Of a stretch of DNA of 64,000 bases, positions 22,971-32,670 are shown one piece after another; position 1 is the first letter of the stretch, and every line of letters begins with the position of its first letter. The DNA is from a virus. A model generated the notes under the pieces. The model searched no databases. It saw only the letters and a program-made list of their open reading frames with translations, and was not told where the DNA came from. The stretch is taken from the UHGV virus genome UHGV-0104313; one strand, written 5' to 3'. A program made the translations under genes and the position numbers.

Positions 22971-23411
22971 ATGGCCACACTATCTGATACAATAAAACCG
23001 AATAAAACATATCTTGAGGCGGTACTCCGTACAGCGTTGTTAGGAAAGACAGAAGACGAATACGTTGATTTCTTCCTGTCAGGGCTACGCGGGCGATTAC
23101 TGAAAAATCCCCGCCTGTACCGCAGCTATGGCCCATACTGGCCGGAAATTAAAAAATTATTACTGGAGCGCGGTTATGGTAATTTCGGTCGTCTCGTTGA
23201 CCGTGACGTTCGCAAAATTTACCGTTATGACCGCCCGGCGCTGACACTCATAGCTGCGACGCTCTACAGCCAGGAGCGTTTTGATAATGGTCAGATATAC
23301 TCAGCCTGGCATTTACTGCCAGTACCTGAAGAGGTTGACGACCAGGACTATGAGTTTGAGTCTTACGATTTGGAAGTTGAAGCCTTAGCACAGGCTGGAG
23401 AGAAAACTTGA
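22971..23411 (+). CDS. Ulx-like protein
   Basis: 146-aa ORF immediately after darB; synteny only. Confidence 0.4.
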   Translation: MATLSDTIKPNKTYLEAVLRTALLGKTEDEYVDFFLSGLRGRLLKNPRLYRSYGPYWPEIKKLLLERGYGNFGRLVDRDVRKIYRYDRPALTLIAATLYSQERFDNGQIYSAWHLLPVPEEVDDQDYEFESYDLEVEALAQAGEKT

Positions 23412-23656
23412 AAAAGCGATACTACACAGTAAAGCATGGGACGCTACGAGCATTACAAGAGTTTGCTGACAAGCACAACGTTGAGGTGCGCAGGGAAGGG
23501 GGAAGTAAAGCTCTGCGCATGTACCGCCCGGACGGGAAATGGCGGACGGTCGTCGATTTCAAAACTAACAGTGTTCCCCAAGGTGTCCGCGATCGGGCAT
23601 TCGAAGAATGGGAGCAGATCATCATAGATAACGCATTGCTTCTGAATGCTGATTAA
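23408..23656 (+). CDS. Lxc (Bof)-like small regulatory protein
   Basis: 82-aa basic protein overlapping previous stop; size and position as recalled for P1 lxc. Confidence 0.4.
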   Translation: MKKRYYTVKHGTLRALQEFADKHNVEVRREGGSKALRMYRPDGKWRTVVDFKTNSVPQGVRDRAFEEWEQIIIDNALLLNAD

Positions 23657-23665
23657 TAATCATTT

Positions 23666-23688
23666 AAAGCCCATATGATATGGGCTTA
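23666..23688. terminator. perfect palindromic hairpin at left border of AT-rich insert
   Basis: aaagcccatat-g-atatgggcttaaa; 10-bp perfect inverted repeat, no strong U-tract. Confidence 0.35.
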
Positions 23689-23708
23689 AACAACAGGATC
23701 GATATACA

Positions 23709-24749
23709 GTGTTAGTTAAATATATAGGCGAGAGTTATATGGATAAACCTTGGCCGGGCATGCACATTAGAACATCTTGTCTGGAGGATGGTTTCTTTAG
23801 AGCAACGCAACCAAAGTATCTTAATGATCCGTCGAGTGAGTCGCGACTTCTTCCATTTTTTAATAAATTTTCACCAGCCGATTACGCATGGGCTAGAAAT
23901 GAATTTAAGAAAATGCAACGAGATCCATCTTATGTCCCATCTATACAAGAGTTAGAGTATTATTTAAAACCTTGCGGGAAACGATACGGAGAGGATTTTC
24001 CACACTTGTTAATCAATGAAGGTTTTACCTCAATGGATTCATATGATGAATCTAAACTCCAAGAAATAGTAACGTACCTTAACGATTATTTAGTAGAAGC
24101 CGTAAGCTGTCATCTTGGTGTGTTCTCTCTATCAAAAAGTGATTGCAATCTACACATGTGGACTCATTATGCATCGATAGGAAAGGGGTTTGCTGTAGTT
24201 TTCGATGAAACACACGATTTTTTCAAAATATATCGGCCGTGTGATGTTAGTTATAATCCAGAAGATAGAGCATCTGTAACCTATTATAAAGGCGCTGTGC
24301 GATTTAATGGCTATCCTGCGCCATCGAGGAATATAGATATAAAGAATAAAGATAATACATTGCATGGGATCTTAAATCGAGATTCAGTTCGCGAGCTTTT
24401 TATTAATAGGCTTCTTTATACAAAAGGTGAAGAGTGGCTTCCTGAAAATGAAAGTAGAATTATTTTTCCATTGGCTGATTGCGAGAGAAAAATAGGAAGC
24501 ATTGTCTCTCCATCGATTGATGATTGCCTATTAAATGAGTATCCTGATGTTTTTCATGACTATCATGAAATTAACTTAAAGAAAATTCCTTTTTCTGCAT
24601 TCAAGCAAATTACCTTAGGGTATAACATGACTGAAAAAGATAAAAATATAATTTTAGATAAAGTTAGTTCGAATAAAGAATTGTCTCACCTCAACGTATT
24701 ACAATCAAAACTTGATATATATGGAAAGGTTGTGGTTAATCCCATGTAA
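23709..24749 (+). CDS. hypothetical protein with DUF2971-like motifs; candidate cargo/defence gene at the res-mod locus
   Basis: 346 aa from GTG (alternative ATG at 23739 with better RBS); visibly AT-rich coding sequence; motifs KYIG, PKYLNDPSSE, MWTHYASIGKGFAVVFD; flanked by lxc-like and mat-like genes. Confidence 0.6.
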   Translation: MLVKYIGESYMDKPWPGMHIRTSCLEDGFFRATQPKYLNDPSSESRLLPFFNKFSPADYAWARNEFKKMQRDPSYVPSIQELEYYLKPCGKRYGEDFPHLLINEGFTSMDSYDESKLQEIVTYLNDYLVEAVSCHLGVFSLSKSDCNLHMWTHYASIGKGFAVVFDETHDFFKIYRPCDVSYNPEDRASVTYYKGAVRFNGYPAPSRNIDIKNKDNTLHGILNRDSVRELFINRLLYTKGEEWLPENESRIIFPLADCERKIGSIVSPSIDDCLLNEYPDVFHDYHEINLKKIPFSAFKQITLGYNMTEKDKNIILDKVSSNKELSHLNVLQSKLDIYGKVVVNPM

Positions 24750-24781
24750 TAATACGCTTATGTCTAAACTTCATGATAAAT

Positions 24782-24803
24782 ACCTTCCTTAACTTAGGAA
24801 GGT
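24782..24803. terminator. bidirectional terminator-like hairpin between convergent genes
   Basis: accttcct-taactt-aggaaggt, AT-rich flank on the minus-strand side. Confidence 0.45.
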
Positions 24804-24846
24804 GAGTTGTGGGTTTACGCAGAAAGTAACAAATAACCTTCGTAGG

Positions 24847-25488
24847 TTATAGAATATTATTCTTTCCGGTGAGTATTCCTTGAGGAACTCTAGCGCATCC
24901 CATAATTTGAGTTTTCTTGATGATGTTTATATATGACGCTATCAGCGATGAGTCATCACGACTATCCACTTCACAAGCCATTGCCCTGATGTAGTCGGCG
25001 CTGGCAACGTTGTTGTATTCCGTCGCAAAGCAACATAGTAACGTCAGAACATGCTCTGTCGTTATTTCGCTCCAGTTGATGTTGAAAAATTCATCGCCTT
25101 TTTTATCGTGTTCGGAATCGAAGATGCTTTGGTGGAGGATGTATTTGCCGGATTCCTTGCGCGGTAACTTGATTGCTTTCTGGCGTTCCAGCTCCTTATA
25201 AATCTGCATTGCCTCAATTAGTACCGGCCTGCCGTTCATGAAGGGATCGCGCAACCTTACACGCTGGCCAACTCGACCAGTAATAAAGCTGTTTTCCTCT
25301 TCCACCAGCACGATAAAACCCTTTTCCTCTTTTTCTCGCAATTCGCGCAGCAGCTGGAGTTCCATATCGCGGCGGCGTTCAGGGTAGCTGGTCCGCTCAG
25401 CCATTATCAGCTCGTTGTTGATCCATGCAGCAGTCATTGACGCCGGTTTGCCGACGCTCATCGAAACAACGCATATTTTCTTATCCAT
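24847..25488 (-). CDS. Mat-like protein
   Basis: ORF downstream of ref on minus strand; likely start at MDKKICVV (GTAGGGG RBS); synteny with P1 cre-cra-ref-mat. Confidence 0.35.
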   Translation of the reverse strand: MDKKICVVSMSVGKPASMTAAWINNELIMAERTSYPERRRDMELQLLRELREKEEKGFIVLVEEENSFITGRVGQRVRLRDPFMNGRPVLIEAMQIYKELERQKAIKLPRKESGKYILHQSIFDSEHDKKGDEFFNINWSEITTEHVLTLLCCFATEYNNVASADYIRAMACEVDSRDDSSLIASYINIIKKTQIMGCARVPQGILTGKNNIL

Positions 25489-25676
25489 AGCGCCCCTACA
25501 AAAAAGAAAAGCCACCAGCGGCGGCTTAGCAATACAACTGAAGGTAGCGCCCGGTACTCAGACTGTGCCGTCCATGGAATATTTGAAAAGGGATCCATCC
25601 GTACCGGGCATGTGATGATTCTGACTGAAGTCACTTGTCAGTTGTCAATTATTTCAGATTAAAAATAATATATTTA

Positions 25677-26237
25677 TTAGTGCATGATGTTTGCCATCTC
25701 ATAGGCGTCAGCCAGCAACTCCATCTCTGACTTGTTCAGCAAGGTGAATTCTTTCTTGCCTCCAACCACACCATCGGCATGAACAGGGACCAGCCAGGGG
25801 TATTTTTCTCTTACTTCAGCCGGTGCTGCATGCTGGTGGTGCCATCTACAAAGTGGCAATTGCTTTTTATGACAACCCGGCGCGGTACGACCGGCGATAT
25901 GGTGCAGAGACACCTCATTAGATATTACTCCATGCATATAGCAGGCAATGCAGGGGAGAGCGCCAAGAGCATTGGCGATGCGCCGTTCCTCCGCCGTTGG
26001 TGTTCTCCCCTTCAAGCCACGAGATTTTATTTTTACCGCGCTTTTCCGCGTTTTGCTGGCTGGTGGGCGCTCTTTCTGTTTAGCGATACGGCGGTCGATA
26101 GTATCCCGCATTTTCTGATATTGAGATTCTCGCCAGACCGGATCAGCCAACTTCTCCCGTTGCCGATCGATCGCTCGTTCTCTGGCTGCCTTCTGCCACT
26201 TGCGGCACTGTTCAATTTTTTGTTCGATTGTTTTCAT
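25677..26237 (-). CDS. ref: Ref recombination-enhancement nuclease (HNH)
   Basis: 186 aa; HNH-like HHIAGRTAPGCHKKQLPLCRWHHQH; position next to cra-cre. Confidence 0.7.
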   Translation of the reverse strand: MKTIEQKIEQCRKWQKAARERAIDRQREKLADPVWRESQYQKMRDTIDRRIAKQKERPPASKTRKSAVKIKSRGLKGRTPTAEERRIANALGALPCIACYMHGVISNEVSLHHIAGRTAPGCHKKQLPLCRWHHQHAAPAEVREKYPWLVPVHADGVVGGKKEFTLLNKSEMELLADAYEMANIMH

Positions 26238-26243
26238 ATGGTC

Positions 26244-26268
26244 AAAAAAAAGGCGGCCTAATGGCCGC
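26244..26268 (-). terminator. hairpin plus U-tract abutting ref start (terminator/attenuator-like)
   Basis: minus strand reads ggcggcc-atta-ggccgcc then TTTTTTTT immediately before the ref ATG. Confidence 0.4.
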
Positions 26269-26336
26269 CAATGATGTCAAGGAGTGAAGTAATGGCAACG
26301 TCTTCGTAGTTGACAAAAACTGCGGCTCAATTATAG

Positions 26337-26353
26337 CAATCAATTAGAGCAAT
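26337..26353. promoter_or_regulatory. C1 operator (degenerate) upstream of ref
   Basis: caatcaattagagcaat; ATTAGAGCAAT core intact. Confidence 0.45.
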
Positions 26354-26484
26354 GGTAGATATTTTGTTTATCGCGAATCACATTTTTTCACTTCAGTACC
26401 TGTGTGCTATACTCCTTCTTGATTGATTGGATGCGGAATACAAACCCGCTCTTTTGTGCAGCCTGGCTCCTTGCCAGGCTTTTT

Positions 26485-26796
26485 TTATTTCATCATGGAA
26501 GCTGTTAACGCTTTGGACCTTGCTGAACTGATTGTGAGGGCTTTGTTAACGTGCCCCAGAAATTCGCCAAACTCAGACATCACTTTACCAAGACCGCGCC
26601 GTGCTTCTTCCTCGGTGGCATTCATTACGAAATGTTCAGCACTACGCATACTTTTGACAGGAAACGCAACGGATATTGAGTCAATATCAGGCATTCTATC
26701 GCTCAGCTTTACAGTGACAATGACGGCTGGCGACTGAATATTAGTGCTTACAGACAGCACTACATATTTTCCGTCGATGTTGAAATCCTTTCTCAT
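26485..26796 (-). CDS. Cra-like (cre-associated) protein
   Basis: 103-aa ORF between cre and ref; synteny only. Confidence 0.4.
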   Translation of the reverse strand: MRKDFNIDGKYVVLSVSTNIQSPAVIVTVKLSDRMPDIDSISVAFPVKSMRSAEHFVMNATEEEARRGLGKVMSEFGEFLGHVNKALTISSARSKALTASMMK

Positions 26797-26812
26797 ATGC
26801 CACCATAAATAT

Positions 26813-26829
26813 CAAATAATTAGAGCAAT
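26813..26829. promoter_or_regulatory. C1 operator (degenerate) between cre and cra
   Basis: caaataattagagcaat; core ATTAGAGCAAT. Confidence 0.45.
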
Positions 26830-26846
26830 TTATTATGCGTTGACGG

Positions 26847-27878
26847 CTAATCACCATCTTCCAGCAGGCGCACCATTGCCCCCGTTTCACTATCCAGATT
26901 ACGGATATAGTTCATGACAATATTTACGTTGGTCCAGCCACCAGCTTGCATGATCTCCGGTATTGAAACTCCGGCGCGGGCCATATCTCGCGCGGCTCCG
27001 ACACGGGCACTGTGTCCAGACCAGGCCAGGTACCTCTGACCAGAGTCATCCTTAGCCCCGTAAATCAATCGGTGAGTTGCTTCAAAAATCCCTTCCAGGG
27101 CGCGAGTTGATAGCTGGCTGGTGGATGATGGCGAGGCAACACCATTTTTTCTGACCCGGCAAAACAAGTAGTTATTCGGATCATCAGCCACACCAGAGAC
27201 AGAAATCCATCTCTCGACCAGTTTAGTTACCCCCAGGCTAAGTGCCTTCTCTACACCTGCGGTGCTAACCAGCGTTTTCGTTCTGCCAATATGGATTAAC
27301 ATTCTCCCACCGTCAGTACGTGAGATATCTTTAACCCTGATCCTGGCAATTTCGGCTATACGTAACAGGGTGTTATAAGCAATCCCCAGAAATGCCAGAT
27401 TACGTATATCCTGGCAGCGATCGCTATTTTCCATGAGTGAACGAACCTGGTCGAAATCAGTGCGTTCGAACGCTAGTGCCTGTTTTGCACGTTCACCGGC
27501 ATCAACGTTTTCTTTTCGGATCCGCCGCATGACCAGTGAAACAGCGTTGCTGTCACTTGGTCGTGGCAGCCCGGACCGACGATGAAGCATGTTTAGCTGG
27601 CCCAAATGTTGCTGGATAGTTTTTACTGCCAGACCGCGCGCCTGAAGATATAGAAGATAATCGCGAACATCTTCAGGTTCTGCGGGAAACCATTTCCGGT
27701 TATTCAACTTGCACCATGCCGCCCACGACCGGCAAACGGACAGAAGCATTTTCCAGGTATGCTCAGAAAACGCCTGGCGATCCCTGAACATGTCCATCAG
27801 GTTCTTGCGAACCTCATCACTCGTTGCATCGACCGGTAATGCAGGCAAATTTTGGTGTACGGTCAGTAAATTGGACAT
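26847..27878 (-). CDS. cre: Cre tyrosine recombinase
   Basis: 343 aa; MSNLLTVHQNLPALPVDATSDEVRKNLMDMFRDRQAFSEHTWKMLLSVCRSWAAWCKLNN... matches Cre as I know it along its length with few substitutions; loxP lies 419 bp upstream. Confidence 0.97.
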   Translation of the reverse strand: MSNLLTVHQNLPALPVDATSDEVRKNLMDMFRDRQAFSEHTWKMLLSVCRSWAAWCKLNNRKWFPAEPEDVRDYLLYLQARGLAVKTIQQHLGQLNMLHRRSGLPRPSDSNAVSLVMRRIRKENVDAGERAKQALAFERTDFDQVRSLMENSDRCQDIRNLAFLGIAYNTLLRIAEIARIRVKDISRTDGGRMLIHIGRTKTLVSTAGVEKALSLGVTKLVERWISVSGVADDPNNYLFCRVRKNGVASPSSTSQLSTRALEGIFEATHRLIYGAKDDSGQRYLAWSGHSARVGAARDMARAGVSIPEIMQAGGWTNVNIVMNYIRNLDSETGAMVRLLEDGD

Positions 27879-28203
27879 TTAATACTCAGATAATGGTTTT
27901 AAGTAAAGTGTACAGGATCGGCTCTGCCTTTACCTGTTTATGGTTCTCGTCATAGAAACGCCAGCGACCGCGCGTGCGTTCTATTTTCTCTTCACCGCGC
28001 GATAATGACAGTTGACAACTATCACGATCAAACCCTTTTGCCCGCCAGTAACCACGGTTTTTCTCAAGCTCAAGATGAGTGGACACTTTAGCAGCTGAAT
28101 ATCCCATTTTTCACCTCTGATTGATTGGTGGTGCTAAGTGCGCTACGCGAAATCTGGAGCACTAACACTGCCAACATTTCGCAGATTTTACGTAGCGCAA
28201 CCT

Positions 28204-28283
28204 TGATCAAATGATCAAGTGATCACTATTTGACCTGATAAGGTATTGAACTGTATGGATTTACAGGTAAATTGATCATGTTC
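28204..28283. promoter_or_regulatory. GATC-dense cre promoter region
   Basis: four GATC sites within ~70 bp (cttgatcaaatgatcaagtgatcac ... attgatcatg) between loxP and cre. Confidence 0.4.
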
Positions 28284-28296
28284 AATAACCCTTAAG

Positions 28297-28330
28297 ATAA
28301 CTTCGTATAATGTATGCTATACGAAGTTAT
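28297..28330. other. loxP: loxP site
   Basis: exact ATAACTTCGTATA-ATGTATGC-TATACGAAGTTAT. Confidence 0.98.
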
Positions 28331-28373
28331 TAGGCCCGAAGAGGAGTTTACGTCCAGCTGCGCATAAAAATCA

Positions 28374-28390
28374 AGAATTATTAGAGCAAT
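28374..28390. promoter_or_regulatory. C1 operator (immC region)
   Basis: agaattattagagcaat followed by aaatttt. Confidence 0.55.
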
Positions 28391-28456
28391 AAATTTTGAG
28401 AGAAAAATCCCACTCCACCAGCCAAAAACTGGATTGTTTTTCATAGTTGTTTGACA

Positions 28457-28473
28457 ATTGCTCTAATAAATTA
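28457..28473. promoter_or_regulatory. C1 operator (immC region), overlapped by TTGACA -35-like hexamer
   Basis: attgctctaataaatta = 16/17 to consensus; ttgaca at 28452-28457. Confidence 0.65.
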
Positions 28474-28711
28474 TAGTTTTGCCGCCGTTTCGTAATACGA
28501 CTTTGGATTCACTATTTAATGTGTCTTCAGCGTTGTAGAGCGGCTCAGAAGGAAATGAGCAAACAGGGAAACCTTATACAACGGCATTACAGCTATGCAT
28601 TGCTCATCTTACACACAGCGCAATGTTGTTAGATTACCCCAGCATGGATCATGGGTGAAACAGTAGGTCAGAGCTTCAGGCTCTGTGTTGTCAATACAGT
28701 GAGGCATAATT

Positions 28712-28921
28712 ATGGCTTTCATTCCACCAACCATCGACGACGTTAGACATTGCTCTAACGCTTTATCTGTAGACCCTGCCGAAACCGACGCTGCCCGCGC
28801 CATTGCTGAACACTACTCAAAGATATCCAATCAGGAGTACCGCATCACCCAAGACGACCTGGATGATCTCACTGACACAATCGAATATCTCATGGCCACT
28901 AACCAGCCAGACTCACAATAA
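28712..28921 (+). CDS. coi: Coi-like (C1 inactivator) protein
   Basis: 69-aa acidic ORF immediately upstream of c1-like gene and downstream of operator pair. Confidence 0.5.
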   Translation: MAFIPPTIDDVRHCSNALSVDPAETDAARAIAEHYSKISNQEYRITQDDLDDLTDTIEYLMATNQPDSQ

Positions 28922-29031
28922 ATGCACTAATAAATCTATTATTTTCGTTGGATCCTTCTATAATGGTGGCCAACAACTCCCAGTGTAATCCGCTGTGAGT
29001 TGTTGGCCATGTCAATTCTGGAGGAGGATCA

Positions 29032-29883
29032 ATGATAAATTATGTCTACGGCGAACAACTGTACCAGGAGTTCGTCAGCTTCAGGGATCTCTTTCTAAAA
29101 AAAGCTGTTGCACGCGCCCAACACGTTGATGCCGCCAGCGACGGTCGTCCTGTACGCCCGGTTGTCGTTCTACCGTTCAAAGAAACGGACAGCATTCAGG
29201 CTGAAATTGATAAATGGACTTTAATGGCGCGGGAACTGGAACAGTACCCAGACCTCAATATCCCAAAGACTATTTTATATCCTGTGCCTAACATCCTTCG
29301 CGGTGTGCGTAAGGTTACGACTTATCAGACAGAAGCTGTGAACAGCGTCAACATGACCGCTGGCCGCATTATTCATCTGATTGATAAGGACATTCGCATC
29401 CAGAAAAGCGCGGGGATCAATGAGCACAGTGCGAAATACATAGAGAACCTGGAAGCAACAAAAGAGCTAATGAAGCAGTACCCGGAGGATGAAAAATTCC
29501 GTATGCGTGTACACGGCTTTAGCGAAACAATGCTGCGCGTCCACTACATTTCCAGTAGCCCTAACTACAATGATGGTAAATCAGTTAGTTACCATGTGCC
29601 GCTGTGTGGTGTGTTTATCTGCGATGAAACTCTCCGTGATGGAATCATCATCAACGGTGAATTCGAGAAAGCAAAATTTAGCCTTTATGACTCTATAGAA
29701 CCGATCATCTGCGACCGCTGGCCGCAGGCAAAAATATATCGCCTGGCAGATATTGAACATGTAAAAAAACAAATTGCCATCACTCGCGAAGAGAAAAAGG
29801 TCAAATCAGCCGCATCAGTTACGCGCAGCCGTAAAACTAAGAAGGGGCAGCCAGTAAACGACAACCCCGAAAGCGCGCAATAG
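29032..29883 (+). CDS. c1: C1-like master repressor
   Basis: 283 aa; located in the immC arrangement (loxP - operators - coi - c1, convergent with pacB); its operator sequence is scattered through the window. Confidence 0.75.
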   Translation: MINYVYGEQLYQEFVSFRDLFLKKAVARAQHVDAASDGRPVRPVVVLPFKETDSIQAEIDKWTLMARELEQYPDLNIPKTILYPVPNILRGVRKVTTYQTEAVNSVNMTAGRIIHLIDKDIRIQKSAGINEHSAKYIENLEATKELMKQYPEDEKFRMRVHGFSETMLRVHYISSSPNYNDGKSVSYHVPLCGVFICDETLRDGIIINGEFEKAKFSLYDSIEPIICDRWPQAKIYRLADIEHVKKQIAITREEKKVKSAASVTRSRKTKKGQPVNDNPESAQ

Positions 29884-29907
29884 TTTCTATCCGGCATGGT
29901 CAATGAG

Positions 29908-31392
29908 TTATTCATTAAGCCATGCCAGAGCTTCATCAACCTGCGCTTCGTCTTCGACGCTAAGCACTTCATCCTGGGGAACATAATCAGCCAGCATAGC
30001 GAAACAATATGTATCCCAATGGTCTGGTGAGTGCAGGTTGAGTTTTTTCTTCATATCCTCCTTACTCATCACCTTCCATTGACCTGCGGAGTTAATCCCT
30101 ACAGGGATTTTCGACGCTTCCTCAATAGTTTCATTACCCTTATCCAGTCTCATACGACCAGATTTTACGGCCTCTGCGGCTTGAACGTTGGCATAAGCAC
30201 GTTTATCAAAGTACAGGCTCTTATCTTCACGGCTATGCATCTTTTTACCCCAGCGTATACGCTGTACGGTAATACCATAATACTCGTACATCAGATCCGC
30301 CGTTGCTTTACCCAGGCCATCGCCGTCTATCGCTATGGTGATATTTGGGAATCGCTCAGGATTACATTCTGCGAAAATTTTGGCGGCAAGCTGCGTTTCT
30401 GTAACGTCTGTGTATTCCAGCATTCGATAGTTGATTACACGGCGTTTATTTCGCTGGCCGGACACCATCATGATATTGATAACGGACTTATCCCGTCCCG
30501 TACCACCAGCAACGTCCACACATGCAAGCCAGCCCCATCCTTTTGCAATCTTGACTTTCCGCCGCGTTGCACGTTCAACCTCATCACGTCCAAGAAGGAA
30601 GCCATCCTGTGATTTAGGGAATAGGCCGCGTACCTTAATCATGTACATAGGGTTATCACGCCCGCCGTACTCCGCCAGCTTCATTTTGATAAATGCTGGC
30701 GTTACCAACGGTGATTCCTCACTGTTAAGCGTGATCGCCGTATAAACGCCATCAGGGTTACCAGGACGCTTGGCCAGTTTATGGTGTGTATCGTAGAAAT
30801 AGCCGCTTGGGCGTGTAGGCTGTGACAGCAATAAGATGCGGTTATCCTGTCCGGTAAGAGCACCGGTGATGATACCGAAAGCTCTATCACTGACACCGGA
30901 GGCTTCATCGATAATATACAGAAGATGATCTGCGTGTTCACCGGCGAGAGCTTCTTCACTTCCCAGACGAAAGCCCTTCGGTACTACAGTCCATACACCT
31001 TTACCAGTAATCTCATAGAAAGCGGTTTCTGTCAGAACAAAATAATCAGCAAGCCATGGGAAACGGCTGGTGGCAGTAGCCCAGTTTATCTTGATGTACT
31101 TGAATATACCGGTCATTACCTGCTGAATTTTGTTCGCAACGATAATGGCACGGGCACCTGGATACATGATTATGAACAACATGATCATGATAGAAGTCAT
31201 GTCTGATTTCCCGGTACCGTGACCAGACGAAACAGATGTCTTGCTACCCTGTTCCTGCACAGACTCAATAATCAGATCCTGCTGCCAGGTAGGTGTTTTG
31301 CCGAACAAAACATCAGCGGCCGCAATCCAGTCATAACGATATAGCGCCACCAGCTCGCGCCAACGTGGATCCGTTACGCAACTTCTGGCCAT
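29908..31392 (-). CDS. pacB: terminase large subunit PacB
   Basis: 494 aa; Walker [10 protein letters not shown], Walker [11 protein letters not shown]; C-terminal nuclease-like region; downstream of pacA. Confidence 0.85.
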   Translation of the reverse strand: MARSCVTDPRWRELVALYRYDWIAAADVLFGKTPTWQQDLIIESVQEQGSKTSVSSGHGTGKSDMTSIMIMLFIIMYPGARAIIVANKIQQVMTGIFKYIKINWATATSRFPWLADYFVLTETAFYEITGKGVWTVVPKGFRLGSEEALAGEHADHLLYIIDEASGVSDRAFGIITGALTGQDNRILLLSQPTRPSGYFYDTHHKLAKRPGNPDGVYTAITLNSEESPLVTPAFIKMKLAEYGGRDNPMYMIKVRGLFPKSQDGFLLGRDEVERATRRKVKIAKGWGWLACVDVAGGTGRDKSVINIMMVSGQRNKRRVINYRMLEYTDVTETQLAAKIFAECNPERFPNITIAIDGDGLGKATADLMYEYYGITVQRIRWGKKMHSREDKSLYFDKRAYANVQAAEAVKSGRMRLDKGNETIEEASKIPVGINSAGQWKVMSKEDMKKKLNLHSPDHWDTYCFAMLADYVPQDEVLSVEDEAQVDEALAWLNE

Positions 31393-32585
31393 TAATCATC
31401 ATCCCCGTATAGCTTGCGGGTAACTTCTTCGTCTTCCTCCTCGTCTTCGTCCAGGTCTTGTTCCAGCCATGGGTCGTTTGATACACCTTCAGTATCAACA
31501 TCTCCATAACCGCCTGTATCAACGATATCGGCGATTTCTTCCCTACGCTGCTCAATCCACAATGCGGCATCGGCGCGGCGGTTGGCGGCCCGTTCTCGCG
31601 CAACTTTGTCCAGATCTTCAAGAGAAGGGCCACCGACGGCTGTTTGCCTTTCCTCATCATCGGTATTGGTCTTAGGAGCACGCAGATCGGCTTTGATTTG
31701 CTCCAGCATCAGGGGCGGCACTTTCCCGCCATGCGCCTCGATGAATTCAGCTGCTTCCAGCACTGACCAGTTATTTTCACGCTTTCGTTCGTATGCCAGC
31801 TTAACAATGCCAGCTTGCCCCATAGACAAAGCGTGCTTTTCCGCCTCCCGGCTTTCTTTTCGATAGTTATTCCGGATGCTGTAAATGGTGTTGATCAGGC
31901 TGCTTATCTGCGCGGAACAGCTGTTTAGCATGCTCGCGATACGGTATTCAGGCGGAGTACCTTCATCATCGTCTTTTTGCTGATCGCGCATTTCCTGCAC
32001 CAGGCGAATACACGTATCCCTGGCGTTCTCCAGCATAAGGAGATGAGAAAGAGACTTTTCCAGAAGAGTGGTTTCCAGAACATCGGCCCCGGACCGACGC
32101 AACATAGCGCGCGCGGCCTTCCGCGCTTCAACGTTATCTATCAGGTAATCGCCAGCTTCGAATTCAAAGCGTTCACCATCATCATCCAGGGTGTCGCGTT
32201 CCAGGCGATCACGTAAGGTCCGGTGGGCGCGGGTGATCACGTCATGATCATCTGAACGATCATTTATGCGCTTATTTTGGCGCTTCGCATTCTCGACTGC
32301 GGCACTGACAACGGCATTAACTCTTTGTTTTTCCGCTATTTCAGCCGAAATGTGATCACCTGCATGTTGATCATTAGAGTGATCAATGATCATGCTTTTT
32401 AGTGGCTTCCTGACTGGCTTATTTGACTTGCGGCTGTCCGTAGTCCTGGTGTCTTCTTTGAAGGCACGGAGATAACGACGTGCGGTATTAGGGTTAAGAT
32501 TAAACTCGGCGGCATACTGTGCGATGGTGTAACCACCATCTCGCGCCAGGCGAGCAAAATTCTTCTTGTGATCGTCCCAGGTCAC
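31392..32585 (-). CDS. pacA: terminase small/recognition subunit PacA
   Basis: 397 aa, N-terminal HTH-like region; contains the pac hexamer cluster in its coding sequence. Confidence 0.85.
   Translation of the reverse strand: MTWDDHKKNFARLARDGGYTIAQYAAEFNLNPNTARRYLRAFKEDTRTTDSRKSNKPVRKPLKSMIIDHSNDQHAGDHISAEIAEKQRVNAVVSAAVENAKRQNKRINDRSDDHDVITRAHRTLRDRLERDTLDDDGERFEFEAGDYLIDNVEARKAARAMLRRSGADVLETTLLEKSLSHLLMLENARDTCIRLVQEMRDQQKDDDEGTPPEYRIASMLNSCSAQISSLINTIYSIRNNYRKESREAEKHALSMGQAGIVKLAYERKRENNWSVLEAAEFIEAHGGKVPPLMLEQIKADLRAPKTNTDDEERQTAVGGPSLEDLDKVARERAANRRADAALWIEQRREEIADIVDTGGYGDVDTEGVSNDPWLEQDLDEDEEEDEEVTRKLYGDDD
32230..32395. other. pac: pac packaging site (TGATCA hexamer clusters)
   Basis: three TGATCA/CGATCA elements at 32234-32262 and four at 32352-32392, ~90 bp apart, inside pacA; matches the 3+4 Dam-methylatable hexamer layout of P1 pac. 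Confidence 0.7.
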
Positions 32586-32670
32586 TTATGCTTCCTTTCG
32601 TAAAAACTCTTTTTGACGCGAGGGTAACGAAAGTCACATGTCAAAAGGCCCGGAACGGGCAAGCAATCAA

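Noticed and set aside
26847-27878. Cre as a prophage integrase marking a chromosomal integration junction
   Set aside because: Cre/loxP with C1, pac and ban genes indicates a P1-type plasmid prophage; no attachment-site duplication or host-gene flank is seen in the window.
27886-28107. 73-aa ORF between cre and loxP
   Set aside because: Lies in the GATC-rich cre promoter/leader region, ends 8 nt before the cre start and lacks an obvious RBS; more likely non-coding regulatory DNA. Not fully excluded.
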